From Candidatus Thorarchaeota archaeon (lineage in GTDB: Archaea > Asgardarchaeota > Thorarchaeia > Thorarchaeales > Thorarchaeaceae): 64,000 nt of DNA. Of this stretch, positions 58,101-64,000 are shown piece by piece. A program made the position numbers and the translations under genes. The notes under the pieces were generated by a model that searched no databases, was not told where the DNA came from, and saw nothing but the letters and a program-made list of their open reading frames with translations. The DNA is taken from assembly GCA_029855935.1 (NCBI GenBank), contig JAGSHN010000017.1, forward strand, positions 1-64,000, written 5' to 3'. Position 1 is the stretch's first letter. Each line of letters opens with the position of its first letter.

Positions 58101-61100
58101 GTCTGGTTGTAGGTGTCCGTTGACTGGAATGTGTTTCTCACGTAGTACTGGTCGTTCGTTGTCGAGAGGTCCCCGTCAAGGTCGATTGCACCTGTATTAG
58201 GATCCTCTGTCCACGTCCTCATGTCCCAGAGGCCGAACTTCGGCGCGCCCACAATCACAGACCACTGCTGTCGCACAATCGTGATTGGGAGCGGAGCATA
58301 GTCCAGCTTCTTCCCAAGGCCCCAGAACTTGTAGACCTTGTAGATCATCTCACGTCCGCCTGTGACATTGTACGTTGTCGCTCCCATTGTGAAGTTGAAC
58401 TGTGGGATGTCGTACCGGTGCTGTGAGTCATCGTGGTAGTCGACTATCTCGAACTCGTCTGTGGAGTTTACAAGCGCCGGATAAGACTCAACGATGAGGT
58501 TCTCATAGGGGCGCGACTCCCAAGAGTTCTTGTCAAAGTTGTACTGGTCGACGGTATAGGTCGTCTGGTTGCGCCAGACGCCCTGGAACAAGAACTGTGC
58601 GGGAGAGCCTGGCAGATAGTCGTCGGGTCTCATCGCCGTCACATTGACAATCTCCCCTGCCTCCCAAGTCAGCATCTGACCGTCGAGGTCCCAAGTGTAG
58701 AAGAACTCATGGACGTTGTGGCCCAGATCTTCATCATAGGGAGCGAAGTCGTATGCGTACGGTTCGGTCGTGTAGAAGACTGTCCCGTTCGAGAGAGTCA
58801 CCTTGTAGAACAGCGGCCGGTCAAAGTGAGTGTAGTTGAGAACACTCCCATCTGCAAGACGGGCAATCTCAGTGTCGCCTGTCCAGTCAGTGATACCCCC
58901 ATCACCCCAGTCATTGAGCCAGCCGCTCTTCACATCGAACCATCCCTCGACCACGAACTCACGGGTATTGAGGTCCGTGTGGCCATAGGCAACGCGCCAT
59001 CCGGCAAGGTTGATGGCCGGTACAGGTGTAGAGCCCCCAATATTAGTGCTCCACAGATAGTCGAATTCGTCCTTGGGCGCCCAGCTGTATGGTCTTCGTC
59101 CGAACTTGGTGAGATTGTAAGTCGTGCCATTGACAACTGCAGTGTAGAAGTCGTAGTCGTAGACATCTATGCCGTCGTCGTAGGTGTATGTACCATTGTA
59201 TTGTGTGGCGGCCCACGTTTCGTTGATGAGGACGAAGATGTCTCCAGGGGTCTTGCTCTCAAGATCCCACGGATCCCAAGCGCCTGCGCCGGGATAGGGT
59301 AGCTCGTACTCGGTCCCGTTGATTGTGGTGAACGAGTAGGAGTCAAGGTACTTGTCCAGGGCAATCACGTGCTTTCCACTGAAGTTGCCCTCGTAGACTT
59401 GGAATGGCCACACTCCGTCCCAGAGCCAGTAGGTCGCTCCGTCGGTATGATTGACGTAATAGTACGCACTCCGATTGTACTCAGGACAGTGGCCCTTCCA
59501 GACCTCAATCTGTTCCCAAGTGCTGTTGATGTATATCACGTAGTGGTCATTATGCCACTCGGGCTCAGTTGCGTAGTAGATGACGGAGGAACCGTTTGCG
59601 ATGACTCCCAGTCCGACAGGCTTCATCGGAATGGTGTCGAGGAGAACACTTGTGTAGTTCCATGGGTCTGGTCGGACAATCAGACTACCGTTGATGGCAG
59701 GCATATGTGAGTCCGTTCCGTTCCACCAGTGGTGATCCGTATAATTGCCAACTGATAGGAACGACTCACCAGTATCGAGGGTCGTGTTGTAGATCGGGGC
59801 GACCTTGCCGAACTCTGCATACACTCTCGTTCCATTGAGGAGTTCGTAGTAGTGGACCCAGTTGCCCGAGTACTCTTGCCTGTGAGGGTCATACGCGTGG
59901 GGGTCCCACTCCTCGAACAGGATGTGCCGCCTTGTAGTCCCATCAGGCAGTGTCTCGGTGAACTCCTTGACGAAGTGCTTTTGACCTCCTATCATTACGT
60001 AGTGGTCAATCCGTGTGGGGTATATCACGTCGGTGTCGTTATTCCGCATCAATAGTGCCTTGAAGGGTGTGTCGACGTAGGTCCTCGTCCCGTTGTCGAG
60101 ATAGCTGTACACCAGCTGGTTGGTCCATCCAAGGGCCACGTGCTCGCCCCAGCCAGCCTCATAGTCGACAACCCACGTGAGGTTGCCGTAGTAGTAGTCC
60201 CAGTTCCACTCGAGCTCTGGCATGTCCGCCGTCGGCGTCACATCGAATGAGACCCTCAGGTCGTCTCCCTGTACGTAGTAGCTGAGATTTCCAACAAGGA
60301 CGTAGGAGGCGGGCATCACTGTCTCATTACCGTGATAATGGACATACTCTGTTGTCCAGTTGTTAGTCTTGAAGTCCCAGACTAGGTCCTCCCAGTGCCA
60401 CGTCGTCTCGTGGACCTGCCGCCACTCCCAGTATCCCGGAAAGACCTCAACATACTTCCATTCCCACGTCTCGCCATAGACGTACTGGACACGGTGCGTG
60501 TAGTTATAGACCGTCACCTCAAATTGCCCAGCCGGGCTCGCCTTCATCCAGATCTCAACCTGTGCGTCTTGAGACCAGCTGGAGTTGTCAGTCTTGCCCC
60601 AGTCATAGGACCATCCAGTCAGCACAAAGGCGACACCGTCGATGTCGTCTGCATAGGCCGCACCGCCCTGAAGGCGCGATGTCACCTCAAACGTGTCCCC
60701 GTGATCGGTTAGAAACATCCAAGATGGCTCGAAGGGCTGTCCCTTGTGAAGAAGTTTCACCACGGACACGGGTGTGTCCACAGCCAGTTGGTTGAACATG
60801 TCAGCACTAAAGGTCTCGTGTGCAACGAAGGGCAGGTAATCGAATCGTGGCAGATAGCGCCCGAATATGTCCGCGACCGAGACGTCCACCCGCAGTGACT
60901 GGGTAACTTCATTGCTGGGGAGCGTGATGTTCTCCGACACGTGGCCTCTGAAGACCACCACCTCGTTGTCGCCGTCTGTGTAGTGCTCTGATGTTGTCCC
61001 GTTCAGCACGTATACAATGGGCAATGTGCCATTGGTGGGGTAGGGCTCGTAGTACCACTTCATTGTCTCGAACCAATGGCCTCTGTCATCCTGAACGTAC

Positions 61101-62383
61101 TCGGCCATCTGGTAGGCCAAGTAGGTGGACCACGTATCTGTACCAAACGAGTAGACGACGGCCTGAAAGAGGTTCGCCGTTCGATTCTCCGTCACACCCC
61201 TCTCGGGGTTGTACACCTGATACTCGAACCACGGGTCGGTGTACTTCTCCCGATTCTCCCAGTGGTAGCCCCAGCGTTCCTCGCTATACGTGACCACAAT
61301 GGAATCATTCCAGTAGTAGGTGCCTGTGGCGGTGTCATACACCCAGCCGCCAGTGACGTTGTGCTCGACAACGTAGGGACCGTCAACGTATTCCCTGACG
61401 CTGACCACACTGGGCACGCTGAAGTACACAGAGGCGTTGTCGAGGTTCGTGCCGTGTATAGTCACCGTCGTGTTGAAGTCAACGCCACGGGTGGCAGAAT
61501 ATACAAAGTTGCCATCGTCGTCCACCCTGTCGGGCATGAAGTACCCGCCTATGGACTGGGCAAGGGCCTGATCCACCGGCATCCCTACAGCACGGTAGGT
61601 CAGCTCGTCCTCCCTGCTCTCCGCGAGCATATTGAGATTGTTGTCGAAGGCAATGGCGTGAAAGCCCCATAGACCCAGCGGGGCAGATGTGTTGAACCGC
61701 AGCTGGAACTGAGCCCAGATATTCTCGGGGCCCACGTAGAAGGCACAGGCTGGTTCATCCATCTCCATGAACGGATCCACTGGAGGCCCGAAGTAGTCCT
61801 CGAATGTCCAACCCGGAGGCAGCTCCTGCGGAGGCTCCTCTATGGGAGTAAAGTTGTAGGTGGAATATATCTGCCATCGTGCAGTGGGAATCTCGTAGAA
61901 ACCGATGAACTCTGTGGTAGCCGTATCTGAACCGCCAGGCATCCACATCTCCGACAGATTCAGGTACATGCCCGAGAATGCGACGGCATAGGGGACCTGG
62001 CCGCCAACCGCGGTCTTAGGTATCTTGAGTATGTAGTTCGCCCACCCATTGATGGCAACCGTATCATTCTTCTCAATCAGCTGGTCGGTTGTGGCGTTTC
62101 TTATCGTCCACGTTATCCTCGGCCCGAACTGCCAATAGCTTGAGGAAAACGTGTCAGTCCACGCTTCGCTGTTTACTCCCTGCTCCCAGTCGACACGGGT
62201 ATAGTTCTGGGGATAGTCAGCAGGCGACATCGCACGCGGGCCAGTGTCCAGAGGCACTACGTCCGGTGTGGACTCGCTGGCTGTGGGTGAGGTGTCGCTC
62301 ATAATCGGTGAGGGGGAGAGGAACAACGAGAGCGCGAACAGAAATATGACTGACAGACCAATATGAGCAGCTCTCTTTTCCAT
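55148..62383 (-). CDS. Giant surface glycoprotein (about 2411 aa), paralog of the 1945-aa protein, with five Ig-like repeats
   Basis: Collinear shared motifs (TGGWVYD, LQGG..ADDIDGV, YELLNGT, PYPGAG, DLDGDL..DQYYV, FDERP, WDGY...DPVF); TTTETTT linker, TM and KRKK; start at ATG 62383. Confidence 0.85.
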   Translation of the reverse strand: MEKRAAHIGLSVIFLFALSLFLSPSPIMSDTSPTASESTPDVVPLDTGPRAMSPADYPQNYTRVDWEQGVNSEAWTDTFSSSYWQFGPRITWTIRNATTDQLIEKNDTVAINGWANYILKIPKTAVGGQVPYAVAFSGMYLNLSEMWMPGGSDTATTEFIGFYEIPTARWQIYSTYNFTPIEEPPQELPPGWTFEDYFGPPVDPFMEMDEPACAFYVGPENIWAQFQLRFNTSAPLGLWGFHAIAFDNNLNMLAESREDELTYRAVGMPVDQALAQSIGGYFMPDRVDDDGNFVYSATRGVDFNTTVTIHGTNLDNASVYFSVPSVVSVREYVDGPYVVEHNVTGGWVYDTATGTYYWNDSIVVTYSEERWGYHWENREKYTDPWFEYQVYNPERGVTENRTANLFQAVVYSFGTDTWSTYLAYQMAEYVQDDRGHWFETMKWYYEPYPTNGTLPIVYVLNGTTSEHYTDGDNEVVVFRGHVSENITLPSNEVTQSLRVDVSVADIFGRYLPRFDYLPFVAHETFSADMFNQLAVDTPVSVVKLLHKGQPFEPSWMFLTDHGDTFEVTSRLQGGAAYADDIDGVAFVLTGWSYDWGKTDNSSWSQDAQVEIWMKASPAGQFEVTVYNYTHRVQYVYGETWEWKYVEVFPGYWEWRQVHETTWHWEDLVWDFKTNNWTTEYVHYHGNETVMPASYVLVGNLSYYVQGDDLRVSFDVTPTADMPELEWNWDYYYGNLTWVVDYEAGWGEHVALGWTNQLVYSYLDNGTRTYVDTPFKALLMRNNDTDVIYPTRIDHYVMIGGQKHFVKEFTETLPDGTTRRHILFEEWDPHAYDPHRQEYSGNWVHYYELLNGTRVYAEFGKVAPIYNTTLDTGESFLSVGNYTDHHWWNGTDSHMPAINGSLIVRPDPWNYTSVLLDTIPMKPVGLGVIANGSSVIYYATEPEWHNDHYVIYINSTWEQIEVWKGHCPEYNRSAYYYVNHTDGATYWLWDGVWPFQVYEGNFSGKHVIALDKYLDSYSFTTINGTEYELPYPGAGAWDPWDLESKTPGDIFVLINETWAATQYNGTYTYDDGIDVYDYDFYTAVVNGTTYNLTKFGRRPYSWAPKDEFDYLWSTNIGGSTPVPAINLAGWRVAYGHTDLNTREFVVEGWFDVKSGWLNDWGDGGITDWTGDTEIARLADGSVLNYTHFDRPLFYKVTLSNGTVFYTTEPYAYDFAPYDEDLGHNVHEFFYTWDLDGQMLTWEAGEIVNVTAMRPDDYLPGSPAQFLFQGVWRNQTTYTVDQYNFDKNSWESRPYENLIVESYPALVNSTDEFEIVDYHDDSQHRYDIPQFNFTMGATTYNVTGGREMIYKVYKFWGLGKKLDYAPLPITIVRQQWSVIVGAPKFGLWDMRTWTEDPNTGAIDLDGDLSTTNDQYYVRNTFQSTDTYNQTEQYLWVSILWEPNATKVGDEFHVDSYMGLVTVNWTTFWSDNYTWYKADSGAVVTPAEWAQINSTIFDDAGNPRPGYWDVAWMARNFTSQDLKKEAEEEGWDWAIQDSQEWSWIWWELSEHYLSDMGNGSVMSVDSWYEYAGLFSWEDDNQNDVMDFIPDDPENSEVTHYWLPDDVSGVQFLTPNASLTSGSENWPLNASVPFGVTFDNVSGTAYPFGTQSYWDWYQGAMTGSDFSTFDERPVRANVSEISLGAAFQGVLTGGSSNNGTVKFNVTIGNWDTDAPGGRSVLENRSLGIAFYTDVLMVSENGVPLNATYFDQHGQPVSGNQTVVSSRYAVAAAAAQVASMDLGGVHYQWDRNRSAMYTTVDAQTIPADLFEEAYLSDMGVTATPFEISTSQFYTLINYKWWDGYKVSVDPVFVSYSSSRGVTDNSDPSIDSLSATTRFVDGKERVSFEVAASDTGGSGVAEVWVYNPDGFHQNVSLEYNGDTHTWEGSVEMVGTDPYSTSFVVYVRDYTGNYIASSPIDHTFYNDPTPPTIDSIGVGTATSTSVLITASARDTDSGVDRVEIYIQNTEEAISMNYNSTTSQWEGYLTRSSDYAYTAAYKVRVYDAAGNMIESSTMYYNFPDNLAPVISDVSGTKGEVSGQEVLVVEVSVFDNGGSGLSSVQLIYTISGSDTTVDMTYDSGADVWRYTVPNQAPGTYVFYRVRATDGQGNVATTDQYVYRFSTEGDTPPGIGSLSYSPTSPTSSDAVNVSVTILDDGTILNATLYYKVDDGNWTSILMTASGSTYWAIIPAQPHGSVVTFYVVAYDNLEQRSQSAEASYTVSDDVSPPTISSVSIDKASPTSSDSVTVTATVTDDMGVYNVTLYYSVDGGAWIAVTMSSIGSNQYTGTIPPQADGSVVTYYVVAYDTAGKSSQSAQQSYTVSDMTVTTTETTTTETTSTTTGFTPGPGVSLDFGLLGVVGVLALVIVLMALMVKRKK
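55310..56812 (-). repeat. Five tandem Ig-like domains of about 100 aa
   Basis: Units begin DNSDPSI, DPTPPTI, DNLAPVI, DTPPGI and DVSPPTI, each containing a Y.V.A.D..(G)N-like motif. Confidence 0.7.
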
Positions 62384-62656
62384 CGTAAAGACTCCTATAG
62401 ATTGTTCTCTCAAGTGACGCTATGATCAGTAGACCTGCAGCAGAAGAGACTCTCCGTGGCGTGCCAGACTCAGCACAGTATTCGACGCGTCCCAGTTCAG
62501 GGGACAGCAGGCGAAGAACTCCTCTGTGACAGCGCTAGCAACGCTCTTGAGTTTCAGAGAAATATAAGGGTTGGTCGGACATACTCCGGCGCTCTATATG
62601 TCATCTGAATTGATGGTGGGAAGGAACTGCCGGGTCCACCCCGGCCATTGGCAGCA

Positions 62657-64000
62657 TTACCAGATAGGCAATCCAGAGGCAACCATCTGCACCACCAGTT
62701 CGGTGATGTAAGCCTCGACAAGTGCAGCAATGACTAGGAAGAACAGAACGAGACCATACGTCCGCCATAGCCGGCCATCGGTGAGCACCTTCTTGGTGTG
62801 CTCGGGGACATCGTCCCATCGCTCCTCGACCACCACGGGCGCTATCTCACGTGCTATCCTGAAGGATGCAGCGGCCGCGAAGAGGAATGCTGGAATCTCC
62901 ACAACACCGTGAGGCAGCACGTAGGCAAGAAAGAGAGTCAGGTCGCCGATGAATGCGTGAAGTGTTGCCAGGCCAGCAAGCCACAGTGCGGTTGACAGGA
63001 CTTCCGCGATACCCACAGACATCAGGCTAAACCTGATGTATGTGATGAGCGGGTCCTCCGCCCGAACCTCAGGCCTACCCGAATACACGAGCTTGTATGG
63101 GCCCGCAATTATCATCGGTAGCACTACAAGGGCGATGAGCGTGAACTGATCATCGTAGACAAAGTACTCGATAGTGAAGGCCAGTATCAGCGGCGGGAAC
63201 CACCATGGGTTTGCCCGGCCCTCCGTGGCCTTACTTGCGAACGCGGCCACCAGCATCACAACGAACAGCGGTACGAGTATGACAGCCGCTCGATAACCCA
63301 GTGCCGCACTGAATGTCCACGGCCAGAACGCATCACCCTCCGCTTGACTCGGGCGGAGGACTCCTCTCTCGATATCAAGAATCGTCCAGATGTATGCCAC
63401 AGCAGCACCAATCGCAGCGAGCACAATTCCAAGGACGCCTACCCGGATATCACCTCCGCGCTTCTGAGCAGCCACGAGCCACAGAATGATCGACCAAAAC
63501 ACAGGACCCGCCACCAGCATCAGGAAGGTCCTGATGATGTTGTGTTCGAGCACTATGGTGAATCGCAAAGATGTTGAGGCCAGTACAAGCTCCAGACCGT
63601 CAGGCAGACCAATCTCTGCGATGAGAGCATCAAACCACGGGCCGACGAAGTAGGGGTCCGCCACAAAGGAGAGTGCCGCGACACCGATCACTGTCAGGAC
63701 AATCCCCCCGAAGAACATACCAACCGCATCGTAGATGTCGCGAGCGTGCACATTCAACAGCGGCCCCGAAGACTCGCCACTCTCCTCGCGCCACCTCTCC
63801 CTGTACTCGAAGTAGTACATCAGGAAGAGCGTCGCGCTGATGAAGATGGGCATATTGACCACGAACTGTGCGGCAAGCCTGTAGAGCCATTCCTCTGCTC
63901 CCGGAATCAGGATGAGCGGACGCAGGTGGTAGAAGGTGCCGAAGGTCTCGCTCTGAACAGGAGTGGTGGCAAGTTGGATCAAATAGTCAAGGCCGGGAAG
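62657..64000 (-). CDS. Multi-TM protein with C-terminal SpoIIM (DUF95)-like domain; 5' end outside the window
   Basis: LPHGVVEIPA...LVIAALVEAYIT motif; frame open to the window edge. Confidence 0.75.
   Translation of the reverse strand, partial: LPGLDYLIQLATTPVQSETFGTFYHLRPLILIPGAEEWLYRLAAQFVVNMPIFISATLFLMYYFEYRERWREESGESSGPLLNVHARDIYDAVGMFFGGIVLTVIGVAALSFVADPYFVGPWFDALIAEIGLPDGLELVLASTSLRFTIVLEHNIIRTFLMLVAGPVFWSIILWLVAAQKRGGDIRVGVLGIVLAAIGAAVAYIWTILDIERGVLRPSQAEGDAFWPWTFSAALGYRAAVILVPLFVVMLVAAFASKATEGRANPWWFPPLILAFTIEYFVYDDQFTLIALVVLPMIIAGPYKLVYSGRPEVRAEDPLITYIRFSLMSVGIAEVLSTALWLAGLATLHAFIGDLTLFLAYVLPHGVVEIPAFLFAAAASFRIAREIAPVVVEERWDDVPEHTKKVLTDGRLWRTYGLVLFFLVIAALVEAYITELVVQMVASGLPIW

Overview
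Archaeal chromosomal window, most likely from an Asgard archaeon (Thorarchaeia-like). That assignment is inferred from a TPR-longin protein, tandem NosD-type beta-helix proteins, a TAT-less reductive dehalogenase and TATA-type promoters. The main feature is an energy-conservation locus of about 24 kb. (i) An 11-gene complex I-like operon (nuoA-J-K-C-D-H-I-M2-L-M-N) has four antiporter-like subunits and an exact 26-codon repeat in the NuoL lateral helix ('2M' architecture). It has no NuoEFG/FpoF, no NiFe motifs and no nuoB. (ii) The missing NuoB sits 3.2 kb upstream, fused in frame to the C-terminus of a VAO/GlcD-family FAD oxidoreductase. (iii) A GlcF/HdrD-like FeS-CCG gene is divergently transcribed from that fusion. 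(iv) A MenA, a long-chain polyprenyl synthase and a geranylgeranyl-reductase homolog follow. A reductive dehalogenase with an ABCE1/RLI-type N-terminal FeS domain lies just past the operon's 3' end. The rest of the window holds mutS and mutL, rpe, transaldolase, an amidohydrolase, a coiled-coil-repeat PD-(D/E)XK nuclease, zinc-finger hypotheticals, a small accessory island, and two giant paralogous W/Y-rich surface proteins (1945 and about 2411 aa). I found no rRNA, tRNA, CRISPR array, transposase or integrase. All family calls come from reading motifs by eye; no searches were run.
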